Positions 40,614 through 53,740 of a stretch of 64,000 nucleotides of DNA are shown here, in pieces. The notes under the pieces are model-generated. The model did not search any database, was not told the DNA's origin, and saw nothing but the letters and a program-made list of their open reading frames with translations. Position numbers and translations under genes: made by a program. The first letter of the stretch is position 1. Each line of letters begins with the position of its first letter. Location of the stretch: contig NW_005434622.1 of NCBI RefSeq assembly GCF_000315625.1, forward strand, positions 73,506-137,505, written 5' to 3'. Origin of the DNA: Guillardia theta CCMP2712. Lineage: Eukaryota > Protista > Cryptophyta.

Positions 40614-40872
40614 GGAGAGGAGATGAGTTTCCCTCCTCTGTCGTCTCTATCTTGGTCACTCTTCCTCTCTGCGTGTAAATGGCCCCCGCGTACCCTCCTG
40701 CCTTGTTCGCCTCCAGACGACTCGCTGTCAGCGCGGCTTCTCCCTCCCCGACGAAGATGGCGCCTCCTAGCTGCCGCAACTCGTCAGCAGGAGGGCGAAG
40801 AGAGGAAGGGAAAGAAGTCGAGTGCTGAGTAGCAGCAGGGCCAGGGGTAGGAGCACGAGCACGAGCATGGGT

Positions 40873-40929
<57 letters not shown>

Positions 40930-41095
40930 GACGAGCCTTGTTGGCGATGTTGAAGCTGAAGTTTGTGCGCAGGATGAGAAGACTCCCTCCATTGACGAAG
41001 AGCGCTCCTCCGTCAAACTCTGCCATGTTGCCTCTGAAGCGACCTGAAAGGTGATGAGGATAGGAGAGGAGGAAAGGAGCAGGAGCAGGAGCACA

Positions 41096-41171
<76 letters not shown>

Positions 41172-44100
41172 GGGGCAGGAGGGTAGGATGAGGCTCACAA
41201 TCTTGAAAGGTAGCTGTTCCTTTTCTCAGCGCTGCTGCCCCTCCGTTGGCCGAGTAGCTATCGAGAAAGAGACAGTCGGCGAACAATGAGCTGCGGAATG
41301 ATGAGAGGAGAGGAGAGGAGAGAGGAGAGGGGAAGAGAGAGGAGAGAGGAGAGAGGAGAGAGGAGAGAGGAGAGAGGAGAGAGGAGAGAGGAGAGAGGAG
41401 AGGAGGGGAGGGGAGGGGAGGGGAGGGGAGAGGAGAGGAGGGGAGGGGAGAGGAGGGGGAAGGGAGCGTTCACCTTCCGTTAGCGTCCAGCATGACGGCT
41501 CCTCCCGCGTAGAGCGACCGACAGACTTGAAAGCAGCAGGAGGTGACGAGCACCGGCTGCTTGACCACCAGGGCTCCGCCGTACCTGCAGGCAGTTGAGG
41601 CGACACGAGGAGAACAGGAGGGGAGGACACTAAGGGACGAGGAGAGATGGTACGAGGAGGAAGAGGAGAGCAGCACCAGCAGCACCAGCACCAGCAGGAG
41701 CAAGAGGGTAAGAGGGTGAGGGGTGAAGGAATTGAGAGCGAGGAGGAGACGGCAGGTGCGAGAAGAGAGCTTACTCTGATGAGCAGTTGAGGAACGTCAG
41801 TCCTCTCAGCTCGGAGACCGAAGGAGAGCATGAAGACGCTGAGGAGGAGGAGGTAGAGGAGGCAGACGGATCGAAAGTGTTCCATTTCTTCCGATCCCCG
41901 AAACTCTCGTCGCACGAGTCCCGTATCCTGCTCTCAAGGTGCTTGCGGAGGAGGACTGCGGGTCCTCCGCCCTCGCAGTCGATGACAGGAGCCTTGGGGT
42001 CGCAGATCTCCGTGTGCGCGGAGGGGAGGAGCGATCGGACCAGCAGCTGTTTGTCGCGCAGGTCCAGCCGCGTGTTGTTGCGTCCTGAGTAGACGCCGGG
42101 GAGGACGAGGATAGTAGAGCCGCTGGTGCTGATGTCTATTGAATGCTGCAAGCTCTTGCAAGGGTCCTTCTGACTGCCGCAGCCAAGGTGATCCGCCCCT
42201 GAGGAGGAGGACACGAACACATCCTTGCTGGGGGTCTGAAGGGAGGAAGGGGAGGAGGAGGCGTTGGTGAGGAGGAAGAGGTCGAAGGCGATCGAGTCTG
42301 TTCCCGCAGGTGAGCTGCCGCTGTCGTCGGAGTATCCCGTGTTGCCAAGGTCAGAGACGGTGACGAGAAGTTTCGCCGTCCTCGTTCCCCTGCTGGCGGC
42401 TGGCGGCTGAAGCCAGAGGGAGGAGAGGGCGGAGGAGACTTGCGAGAAGAGGCCGAGGAGCGAGACGTAGGTGCTGTTGCTGGGAGAGCCCAGGAAGGGG
42501 AGGGAGGGAGGGAGGTTGACGATGCTGAAGGTGATTTGATCGTCATTGCTGCGACTTCTCATCAGGGTTGCGACTTTCGAGGGTGAAGGAAGTACAAGAG
42601 AAGAGAAGAAAACGAGAGGAGGAGAAGGAGAAGGAGAAGGAGAAGGAGGATGTTGGACCTGTCTTGTAACAAGGAGATGTTCACTTGAATCGTCCCTTCG
42701 TTGGTCAACTTGTCCCATCTTGGCCAGTTGACATCAATATCCTCAATGGAGATGCCGGAGAGGTATCTTCCTCCTCCTCCTGCCAACCTTTCACTTACTG
42801 GCAACTCCTCTCCTCCTCTTCGCCATCTCCTCTCCTCCTCCTCCCATTCTCTGCTCTCTTCCTCCTTTCGTTCTCTTGCAGAACTCAACTTCCCTCCCCA
42901 CCTCGTTCCTCTTCCTCCTCTCATCTCCTCTCCTCTCACCAGCGACCAGCTCCATCCACTTGGGGCCTGGGTAGAGCAGGCGAGGAGCAGAGTTGAACGG
43001 CCCAACTCGCAGGTCGAGCGACACTTTCTGCACGTACGTCCTGGCCCCGAGCTCCCCCGTGTACCCGAGGTCATCGACCGTGACAGCGATGCCGTCATGC
43101 TCTGAGCAGGAGGAGGCTCCGCAAGGCGTCGAGCTTGCGATGTTGACCTGGACGGCTCGCATTGCCTGCTGGACGAGCATGGAAGGGCCGTGGAGGACGA
43201 GAGGATTGTCCTGCTTGCCATCTCCCAGCGGCAGCACGAGAGCGTCTGGTCGGTCGAGGAGGGTGAAAGAACCTCGAGTGATATTGTAGGTGACCTGTGC
43301 TCACATGAGATGAACTGGACGGGAGGAAGCAGCGGGCAGAAGGAGGAGGCAGGAGGCAGGAGGCAGGAGGCAGGAGGCAGGAGGCAGGAGGCAGGAGGAA
43401 AGAAGGAGGAGGGTAGGAGGTAGTCAGGAGAGACCGTGACGTGGCTGGAACGGGAGGCGTTGGTTTCTTGAGTTTGGTTGAAGGCAAGGAAATCGTCGTC
43501 GAAGAACTCAACGCCAGTAAGGAGGAAGGAGGAGCCGACCTGGACCTGCCGCTGCGGGAGGGGGACGTAGAGGAAGGGCCTCGCATCGATCCTCCTGACA
43601 AGACGCAGGTCGACCATCTGCTGGGCAGCAGGAGGCGCTCCGCTGACGTAGCAGAGCGAGCTCGTGGGCTGCTTCCTGTATGCTACCGAGTTGGTCACGT
43701 AGGGACGGACAGGGTCGATGACGGGGGGAGCGGAGAAGAGAAAGATGGTTGGGAAGGGGAGAACGACGGGCTGCCGTCCTATGAGAGGAACGGTCTTCTG
43801 CAGCATGGCGACCGAAAGGGCGCTGGGCTCGAGCTGCTGGAAGCCGAAACAGTTGGGGTCCCTATGGCACCGATCCTTGGCCTCCTGCAGCGACCAGGAG
43901 CCGCTCTGGTACATGCTGTCGAACCTCCACATCTCATCCTCGGACCTCACGAACTCGTGCGCTAGAGGATACTCCTCGACCGTGATGCGGAGGATGTTGC
44001 TGCCCAGCAGGTGGGGAGGAGCTTGGAGGGTCACCTAGCAAAAATAGTCATGACGAAGGGAGGAAGAGTAGGAGAAGGAGGAGAGGAGGAGAGGAGGAGT

Positions 44101-45833
44101 GACGAAGGGAGGAAGAGGAGGAGAGGAGGAGAGGAGGAGAGGAGGAGAGGAGGAGTGACGAAGGGAGGAAGAGGAGGAGAGGAGGAGAGGAGGAGAGGAG
44201 GAGAAGAGGAGAGGAGGACGAGGACGAGGACGAGAAGGAGGGAAGATGGAGGCATCACATTTGACAGGGCTACGTTGACATCCTCCCAGCTCCCAGTGAA
44301 GAGAATCCTATAGCTCTCCACGTCCGCCTCCTCCTTGTTGTGACTGTAGTCTGGCCAGAAGGTAAGAGACTGGACGGCCCCAACCCGGACCGTTGGGTTC
44401 AAGGCCTGACACTGCGCGGGAGCGTAGCGACATTCAAACCAGTCCGGGAAGAAAGCTTCTCCTCGGGCCTGGTGGAGAGTGAGAGAGCGCTGCGAGACAA
44501 GATGTGAAGGAGCAGTGAAGGGAAGAGAACAGGCTGGAGGACTAAAATCGAGAAGGAGAAAGAGGAGAGAGGAGAGGAGGAGGTGGTGGTGACAAGTGAA
44601 TCAGAGGGAGTGATTGTGTGGGACAATAGGGTCGAATGAGCATAAGATGATCAGGACAGCAAGTCGAAGAAGAATAACGAGCGAGTCAGGAGCACAAACA
44701 AGGTCTCCTACCGCAGGGAAGTTCATCCTGCTTGCGTTTGCGTTCTGAACGCTGACAGTGACCTTGAGTGTCTGCTGCTGCTCCGAGCATCTCGACGTCT
44801 CCACCTGAAACCTGAAGCTCTTGGTAATTTTTCCTCCAACAGCTGCAGACGCGTCCGAGTACACCGCGGGAGCATCGGGCCTCACAAACAGAGCACAGGG
44901 GGTCCAGGCCATCTCCGACTGCACTGAGTCGCAGGGGGGAGGGACCCACTCGAAGGGCAGTGAAACCTCCTCTCCGTTGTACAGGTGCGAGAACGAGCCC
45001 TGAGGGTAAGTCAGCCCGTGCTGAACAAGGCGGGCAAGTCACCTGCCACTGAAACTTGTCCGTGTCGTAAGTCGATCGCTCGTCCTTGATGAAGTGAGAG
45101 ATCGTGGGCGGGTTGTCCGTTAGCGCGACCCTGCTCGAGACGGGGATGCTCTGCTCGCAGAGACCGCTGGCGACAGACACGTGGACAAGGAGCTCGTTAG
45201 GAGTGGAGGACCGGAAGGACCACTGCTGCTGCAGAAGCTGAGGAAGAACGAGATCAGTGTGAACCGAAAGCAGGAGAAGCATCTTGTTGGCTCCTACCAT
45301 ATCGCTCAGAGCTTTGAGAGTCCCGACGATGCGGACTGCTGCTTGCCCGTTGTCTGAGCCACCTGAGAACCGAGGGGGCAGGGGCTGACTCTGTTCGAAC
45401 CAGAAGAGAGGCTCGAAGTTGAGCATGACCTCGTCCGCTACTTGAACCTGCCAACCGCATCTCACAGCACGCCGACTTTCCCCCTCGAGCCAAGGGAACG
45501 CACCTGGTCGATGTGTTGCCGGATCGGAAGGATCCCTTGCTGCACCGTAGGCAAGAACAAGTTGATGGATGTGCTAGCGTTAGCACCAACAGAGACGTTG
45601 AATGCGATCTCAATCTCCTCCTCCTCCTGCACTCCAACCGCCTGCAGCTGAATCGCCGGCATAGTTAAGTTCATGTCCTCCCCGATTGTGTAGGCAGTCT
45701 GGCCAGAGGGCAAGGGGTCGAGCAGGGTGATCAGACAGCTCCTGGAAGGCTCCACCGGCCAGGGACAAGCGAGGAGGATGAGGAGAAGGGGGAGGAGGAT
45801 GGAACAGCTGAGCCTGCGGGATGAGACGAGCAT
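40585..45833 (-). CDS. Large secreted/surface protein with cadherin-like Ig repeats, a pectin-lyase-like entry segment and GGA(I/L/V) polymorphic-membrane-protein-type repeats
   Basis: Signal peptide (MLVSSRRLSCSILLPLLLILLACPWPVEP), VTVDDLGYTG and VTVSDLGNTG repeats, DVFVSSSSGADHLGCGSQKDPCKSLQHSI...ILVLPGVYSG, and YGGALVV, AGGAVML, DGGALFV, GGAIFV, AGAIYT repeats. Confidence 0.7.
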
Positions 45834-46041
45834 CCGAGTCTGACGACTCGGAACCGGTCGCTACGGTCCTCGTGGTAGTACTACGGTAACCGGGGGACCC
45901 TCCTTGCTGTAGTCTCCGAGCAGCCTCCTCGCAGCCTCCTCGTGACACTCATCATCATACACGATCGACTCAGTCAATCTGTGAGTGAAAGGATTGACAG
46001 CCGTTGAGTTCATTTTGACAAACGAAGTCACAGCAGTTCTC

Positions 46042-46246
46042 TCTTTACTCAAAGTTTTAAGTTAAAATCAGTCCTGAGTTCTCTCAGGTTGATGGGCAAA
46101 GTAACTTGCTCAAGTGAAAAGTTTGGGGGACAGTAGTTGGCCGTATAGGGTTGGTTTTCACTGTCTTTTACCTTCTCGCAGTATGGCGTGCCCGCCTGCC
46201 AGTAGTGAGTGTCCATTTTTTCAACCTTCACTTAAAACTGTGCGCA
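46042..46246 (+). repeat. Dispersed modular repeat, copy 4, with the internal segment 46119-46169 inverted
   Basis: Starts tctttactcaaagttttaagttaaaatcagt. 46119-46169 is the reverse complement of 27183-27234 (aaaagacagtga...tatacggcc.act.ctgtcccccaaactt). Ends ccttcacttaaaactgtgcgc, followed by GC-rich island 46255-46430. Confidence 0.85.
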
Positions 46247-46915
46247 GGACCATTCCTCCGGGCCGCGCCGCGCTGGCAGCAAAGGACAGGGAGGCCTCAC
46301 TGTGATTGTCCTCGTCGGCTCTCAGGCGCCGGGCCCGGGCCGCGCCGGACCCGGTGACCGTCTGGCCGGGCCCGGCCGGGCGGCGGATCGGCGGACTCGG
46401 GACGGTGGTAGGCTAGCGTACCCCGGTGAGTTCACTGCCGCAGTCTGACACATGAAGAGGGGTGGTCAGAGGTCTGGGTGGGTCCATTGAAAGCCAGGGT
46501 GATTGAACGGAGGGTGGGTAGTCGCATGACAATGACAAAAGTTTTATGGGGTGGCGAAATTTTGGGGGTAGTAGGCGAGATGTACGGGTACTGTAGTAGT
46601 AGGAGGGGTGCTAGAAACAAACTCGGGTAGGGGTCATTGCTTGGTAGGTGGGGTAGCAAGGGTCCTGAACGTGCGTGGGCCCACTGGAGAAAACTTTTGA
46701 CTAAAACCTCAAATACCATCAAGGGTCAATATGCTTCTCACAATATTAACTCAACAAAAATAATCCTAAATATTTGTACTGTATTATTGGTATAAACATA
46801 TTTGCTACTAAGAAAATGGTTAATGGGTGGGTCTAATCACTAATTTAGAACTTTCACGGATTAACCCCTTTCGAAAAACTGGGCTGAAGGGCGAGGAAAA
46901 AACCGCGGTGGCGCC

Positions 46916-49360
46916 ATGGATTTGTCGAAAGTGGCGTCGTTGAAGGCAAGTGGGCTATGGAGATGGCAGGGCATAATGCACATGAATGTTGAGATTGTGC
47001 TTAAACATGCTGTTCTGCCTTCAAAGTTCTTCCTTCCTTCTGTGTCATAAATCAGAATTTCGTTGCCTTCGCCAGTGCGATGGATATTTCTCTGTCACGT
47101 GTTGGAAACTATTTCTACTGTTTGTTTGCCAGGAGACATGTGTATTGTGCATTGAGATGTTCTCATTTGATGTTGTGATAGAGTGGGATTGTTTTTTTAT
47201 GTTGAAGGTATTGCGACTTTCTCGGTTCACTTACCGTACTGGATCCACTTTTACATGAACGAAATAGTGTTGTGTAGGAGATCTCCCTGCTTGATCCTCT
47301 ATGCTGCCAACCAATCATTGGCAAGTAGATCATCATGGTGTTGTCTGCTGTGACTCTGAGCTTCTCTGATTGGATAAATCGGTCCTGACTCCCGGTGCCA
47401 GGTTGTAGAACTCAAGAAGGAGCTTGAGTCGAGGGGCCTTGATTCGAAAGGCTTGAAAGCGGACCTCGTTGCGAGGCTTTCAGAGGCCTTGAAGAACGAG
47501 CAAGGTTGAGCAGCGTGCGATGCACCGCTAGAAAGCTGATGCTGGCTTGCAGGACCTGACTCGGAGGCTGGAACGAAGGAGCCGTCGGTAGTGGAAAGCA
47601 ATTCTGAGGCGAAGGAGTCAAGTGCGAGCGATGCCAAGGATGTGAATGGCATAGATGCTGATAGCAAGCAGCCAAGTCAGCCTGCAGATGAGTCGCAAGC
47701 GGATGTGAAGCCTCCAGCGGAAGTGGCTGCTCCTGCCAAAGATGCCCCAGCAACCAAGAGTCGGCTGAGAAAGGCGATGATGCTTCTGGAAAGAGGACAA
47801 GGGAGGAAGATGATGATGAAGACGCCAGCAAGAGATCAAAGGCAGACGATTCACAAGCGCCTGCTGCCAATGAAGCGCAGGTGGGGTCCAGGTGGGAGGA
47901 GGAATTGTTGACTGACGTTGTTTACAGGCCCATGTCGGACCACCTTCCTATCCGCCTCCAGGTACTTCAACTTCACCGTCGTTTCATACTTGACACCCTG
48001 ACGATCCTGCCTCTTGTGCAGCGAGCTCTGCGCCTGGCGATGCACAGCCAACCCACGACGCCACGGCGACTGCTGCTGCGCTCCCTCCTCCAGCCTATCC
48101 CCCTCCTGGCCAAGCCCCTCCAGCGTATCCTCCACCTGCTGGAGCCCCTCCATACGCTCCTCCTTCTGAACAGCCTCCTTCATATGATAATGCACAAGCT
48201 GCTGGCCAGGTAAACACACGACATTCTTCCTCCTTCGTATCTGAAAAAGATTCTAGCAGGCAGATTCCAATCAGCAGGTAACCCGCTGTTGGATTCATGT
48301 TGATGTTTACAAGCTGACGTTTGTGTTTCTCTCCTACCCGTCACTGCACAGGCATACTATGATCCGAACTATGCGTGAGTCAAGTCTTTCTCTGACGAAA
48401 TAAATTTGACATTTTTATCGAACGAAGGTATTATTGGCAACAATACAATTACGCGCAATATTATCAAGGTTACGGTGCATATCCTGGTTATGGTAAACAT
48501 TGGCATCTTTTCTTGTCTTCATACTAAATTGTTGCTGTAGAGCAATACGGGGGAGCAGGGGTGACTCAAACGGTTGTGGTGGAGGTGCCTAACGACAAAG
48601 TTGGCCTGGTGATCGGAAAGGGCGGTTGTACCATCAAGGAGCTGCAACAGCGCACTGGTTGTAAGATGCAAATCACGCCTGATGCAGCCTGGGCTGGCAA
48701 GTCAGATCCAAGACCGATACAGCTGCAAGGAACTGAGCAGCAGATTTATTGGGTGGAGCAGCTGATCGCCGAGAAGATCAACATTCCGATTGAAAACATC
48801 CTTCAGACGCAACAGGTCAAGCCTGGCCTACCACCTCCAGCAGATATGGGGCTTGCCCAATACGGGATGCCTCCTCCTTATGGTTGAATCTTGACTTGTT
48901 GTTCCTGCTTGTTTCTCACCCTCCTTCCCAGGGGCCCCGACAGCCGACCCACCTGTGGGCGCTTTCCAGACTTTCATCATCAAGGTCCCCAACGACAAGG
49001 TTGGGCTGGTGATCGGAAAAGGTGGATGTACTATCAAGGAGATTCAACAGCGATCTGGAGTCAAGATGCAAATCACTCCCGATGCCGCTTGGGCTGGAAG
49101 GGCGGAACCCAGACCAGTCCAGGTCCAGGGAACCTCACAGCAGATCTACTGGGCGAAGTATTTGATCGCTGAGAAAGTCAATTTACCGATCGAACAGCTT
49201 GAGACAGTCGAGGCACCACCAGGTCGAACAGTGACAGATCCTGTTTGTTTGAATTCATCCACCTTTCGATCTCCTTTCTTTCCTTGTTTCCTTGTTGTGA
49301 ACGTTGCAATCTTTTGCTGCAAGCCGCTGAATATTTTTTTTTTGCTTTACAGGTAGTTAG
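46916..49360 (+). CDS. SAP-domain + two KH-domain nucleic-acid-binding protein (FUBP/KHSRP-like KH domains)
   Basis: Exon 1 MDLSKVASLK joined via GC-AG intron 46946-47401 to VVELKKELESRGLDSKGLKADLVARLSEAL (SAP). Pro/Tyr-rich linker. Two KH domains, both VPNDKVGLVIGKGGCTIKE. Confidence 0.85.
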
Positions 49361-50256
49361 GATTCTTTGAATATTGTAAAATGTGAAAGCGGGGAACCCA
49401 TCGAAGAGCAATGAATCGATTGCTTGATCAAGAAATAAATCTGGATGTTTGCGACCGCTTAGTCGCAAAACCCGAAAGAAGTGGCAGGTTTCTTTAGAAT
49501 ACAATTTCTTTTGATTCACTTGCATTGCTTCTTTTTCTTGATTTTCTCTCTCTTTCGCTTCAAGCACTTGACCTGTTGTTATTTTTTTCATTCAGCTTCA
49601 TTCACGCGCTATTGTGAGACGGAACAGTATTACCTCTCCTCTTGTGCTTATCATTTGCTTTCAATGGCACCGCTTTGCACTCACATTATGCTATTGGCAA
49701 ATCGACAGAGGGAGGACATATGACAGCGGAAGTTTTGAAAACAGTCACGTAAGACAATCATCAATTCTCGTGTTTCTCGCTTGCAAAGTCACTTTGGTGC
49801 TGTGTTGGAGATCTCTGCTTGTTGGTTTCTCACTGATTGGTTTCACCTGTGACTGCTGTGGACATGCTGTGATACTGAAATATCTTTGCAGCGACGTAGC
49901 TCGGCATGCGATCGTGCCTGAGTCAGTTGGACCACCACAGGCAATTGAAAGATGTTGATTTGCAATCTTGTTTCCCAACCATGGCCAACGTCTCAGCAAT
50001 GACGTTTTTTGTGTTTAGGCTCTTGACGATTAGAAGCAGACAGCCTCTGACTTCATCCGCCTGTCGCTAACACGAACCTTAACAGACAAGCTGAGACTGT
50101 GATCAGCTTGATTGACATGTCGGGTGGTGAATGAGGGTGTGGAGATCGGGAGGGCTAGTTGAGGAGGGCAGTCAAGAACGAGTTTTCCTCTCTTGTCTCT
50201 TCGGCTTTCAGTCTCTGAGATTAAACACTCGATGCGCTTGCAGCCGTTAAATCTCG

Positions 50257-52065
50257 TCAGGCGAGGCGGAGGCGCAGGAATGTCATGTCGTTGTCCACGG
50301 TTTGAGGAGGTGCAGGTCCGAAGAGGAATCGGGTGAGAGTCTTGGCGTCGATCTTGTACACGTTGAAGGCATAGGATGGCTAGCAGGGTAAGAGGGGGAG
50401 GGGGAAAAAATCAGGAGCTACCTGGGCATGCGGCTTCATCTCTCGGAAGAAGGAGCACAACCTAGCGAGCCCTGGAAGCAGGTCAGGAGCTGCAGGAGCA
50501 GGAGCAGGAGATGACGAAATCCGTCGATCCAGGAGAGCATCTTAGGCATGTCGTGGAGGACCTGAACCTGCTCCTGCCGTCACCTCGGACTAGACTTCCT
50601 CGTGCTTGCCTGCCCCGTCACGAGCTGCGTCCGAAGATGCTCCGAGACGGTGAGCAGCCGGATGAGAAACCTCGCCTGCCTCCTGCGACATGTTGGGTGG
50701 CGCCGACAGCGGCATGGTTGGACCTGTAGACGAGCTCGTAGTGCGCGTTCCAGTTGCCAGGCGCGTGACTGTTGTAGACGGGCTGGAGCATGCTGGCGCC
50801 AATGCAGAAGTAGCCGGGGAAGAGAAGGACATTGACCTCCTGCGAGAGGGAGGAGGAGGAGGAGGAAGAGGGGGAGGAGGAGGAGGAGGAGGGTCACGCA
50901 GACAGGACCGCGGGAGGGCGAGGTGGCAGACAGCAGGTGGTGGAAGGGTGAGGAGGGGGGAGGAGGAGAAGTCAGGGAGTAAAGATAGAAGAGCGAGGAC
51001 GATGCCTGTATGTGCCTTGGCCGTGACACCCCCGAGACCGAACTGCGAGGGAGGATGAGGAGGGAGAGGGGGAGGAAACGACTGCAAACCTATGCAAGTG
51101 ATAGACAGAGAAGTTTGAGTTGCTGCTGATGCCATGGCTCGGGGGGTTTCCTAAGACTTTGTGAGAAATGCTGCGATTGACGAGGGCAGGAGCAGAGGGA
51201 GGAGGTGGAAAGGGAGATGGAGGAGACAAATCGAAGGAGAGCGAGGAGGAAGAGAGAAGAGTAGGAGAAGAGATACAGGAGGAGGTGGAGAGGTGAAACT
51301 GCAGAGCGAATAGGAGCAGGAGGAGTGAGCAGAGGCGGGAGGGAAAGGTGCATACCAAGACCGAAGTAGGAGACGTAGAAGACTGGTCTTTGTTCGCTTG
51401 TTGCGTTCGAGCGGATCCTTTCCGTCTCCTCCGTCATGAAAGTCTTGAGAGCTGGGAGACCCTGGAGGAGCAGGGGGTGAGCTGGAGTAGTCACGTGCTC
51501 TAGAGCTCTACCTGCCCCCAGTCAAGGGAGCTGTCGACGAGGTGGCCGAACCCCAGCTGGGGACCTCCAGCGAGGCGGTTGAAGAAGGGGATGAAGTAGG
51601 GGAAGGAGCTTAGGACCTCTGCTGATACCGCCATGGTCGCAGCTACGATGGAGAGGAGGAGGAGGAGGAGGAGCGAGCGAGGAGCCGAGGCGGAGTCCCA
51701 TCCTCGAAGCAACTTACCGCAGAGGCCGCAAAGGATGTAGAGGGGAGGGTACACAGGGAGCATGTGCCTGTGCCCGATGTTGAGGTTCTGGTTGACGGCG
51801 ACGAGGGAGTAGATGAAGATCAGAACGAGAAGTGGGGTCATGCGCCGCAGGAACCGACGGAGGTCTCCTCCTGGCGACGACAGGATGAGCATGCAGACGG
51901 CGAGGGAGAGGAGGAGGAAGACTCCACTGGGAGTCTTGACGAGCATGGCGTACGGAAAGAAGAAGCGCCAGCCCGCTGTGCCATGCTCCCCTGCGAGGAA
52001 GCAAGCTCGAGCGTTGGTGCTGCAACAAATTGTGAGTAGAGATGTACGAGGGCGAGAGCGAGAAA

Positions 52066-52098
<33 letters not shown>

Positions 52099-53224
52099 AC
52101 GAGCGACGCTTGCCTGAGGAACGCGTAGCTCATGCCGTATAGCAGAGCTTCAGGAAGGAGCTTGTGCTTCTTCGCGAGCTGGACCAGCAGTTGCGGAATT
52201 CCTTCCAGCTTGCCGTGCTGACTGCCGAGACCTGCGTCCCAGTTGCTCTTCCACTGCCGACACTCGAGGTGATTGAAGGCGGAAAAGCGGAAGCCATAGC
52301 AGCCCCAGACAGCAAGAAAGGAGCAGGCGACTGCGACGGCTACAGCGAGGAGGAGGAGGAGGAGGCGACTGAGGATCTTTCTGCTGCACAAGGCCGGGAG
52401 CTTGAGAAGGAGGAGGAGAAGGGCGATGGGAGCCATGATCACCCCGCTGTGCTTCGCGACAATGACAGACCCCACGCTGCATCCTGCGACGAGAGCCCAT
52501 GCGAGCGATCGCCACGCCGAGGCCTCTCCTGCTTGCTTGTCGGCGGCACCAGGAGCGATGCAGTCGAGCATGCGGGAGACGCTGAGGGAGGCGAGGAGGG
52601 CGGTGAAGGTGAAGGCTCCGTCAGAGGTCACGAGGGCTCCATGCGCCAGGAGGGTCGGGCAGAAAGCAGTCAGGAGGGTTGAGAGGAGAGCACAAGCAGC
52701 GTCTCCCTCGTACACCTGCCAGGCTGCCGCGTGCGCGAGCAAGACCGTACCGAACGAGAACAGAGCGACGCCTGCACGTCCGTAGAGGAGGACGCGAGAG
52801 GGCTCGTTGCCTGCATGGTAGAGGGTCTGGTACCCGATCTCCCACCCGTCGCTGTGCAGCCATGCTTGCCCCGTGTACACACTCGGGTCCGACACTTCAG
52901 CCATGCGCACACCTCCTGCCGCCATGGCTACCCCAGCCACCATCTGTGGCAGGGCGCCGTTCTCGGGGTTGAGACGGAAGTCTCGGTATGTCACCATGCT
53001 CATCCCACCGGCAATGTGCGCGATCTGCCATGCATGTCAGCCTCGCAGCTGCTCCTCTCTACCCCTCCCCTCCTCCTCCTCCTTCCCACTCTTCCTCCTC
53101 TCACCTCGTCGAATGTGGCAGCGTTGTGAACCGAGGCAGAGAGGGCGAGCCAGTAGTACAGAGCAGCGAGGAGGAGCGCAGCTGACCAGGAGGCCATGGC
53201 GGCGGCTGAGGGAACAGACGGCAT
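50257..53224 (-). CDS. Polytopic GT-C glycosyltransferase (ArnT/PMT-like, bacterial-type)
   Basis: ATFDE|IAHIAGG, DFRLNPENGALPQ, PTLLAHGALVTSD, AKHSG, ARACFLAGEHGTAGWRFFFPYAMLVKTP, NLNIGHRHMLPVYP, FFNRLAGGP...LVDSSLDWGQ, YVSYFG and many TM segments. Confidence 0.8.
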
Positions 53225-53740
53225 GGAGAGGCAGACTTTGATTCCTCAGGTCACATTCTAAGAACTCAGTCAGCAAGATGATGGAGGATCGGATGATGCG
53301 GTCAAGTTACTCCAGCTCTTTCCGCTCTGTCCTCCTCCACTTCCCCTCTCCCTTCCCCTCTCCTTCCCCTCTCCTTCCCCTCTCCTTCCCCCCTCCTTCC
53401 CCTCCCCTTCCCCCCTCCTTCCCCTCTCCTCCTCCATGCCTGCACCTCGTCATTTTTGTCTCCCCGACCCGCATCTTATTAGGATTTTTTGTCAAGGGTG
53501 GCGCAATGGTGGCAGGGGGGAGGGCGGGGGGAGGGCGGGGGGTCGCAGGTAGGGAGGGAGAGGAGAGATGATGGAGGAAGGGAGATGGAAGAAGAAAGAT
53601 GGAGGAAGGAGGAGGGCAGCGAGGCAGTTTCGTAGGGAGCAAGAAGGATTGGGGAGGAGGAGAGTAGCAGGCAGGAGCAGGAGAAGGAGAATCGCTCAGC
53701 AAGTGATCGTTCATGTTTGATTTTAATCGTGTCCCTTGCA

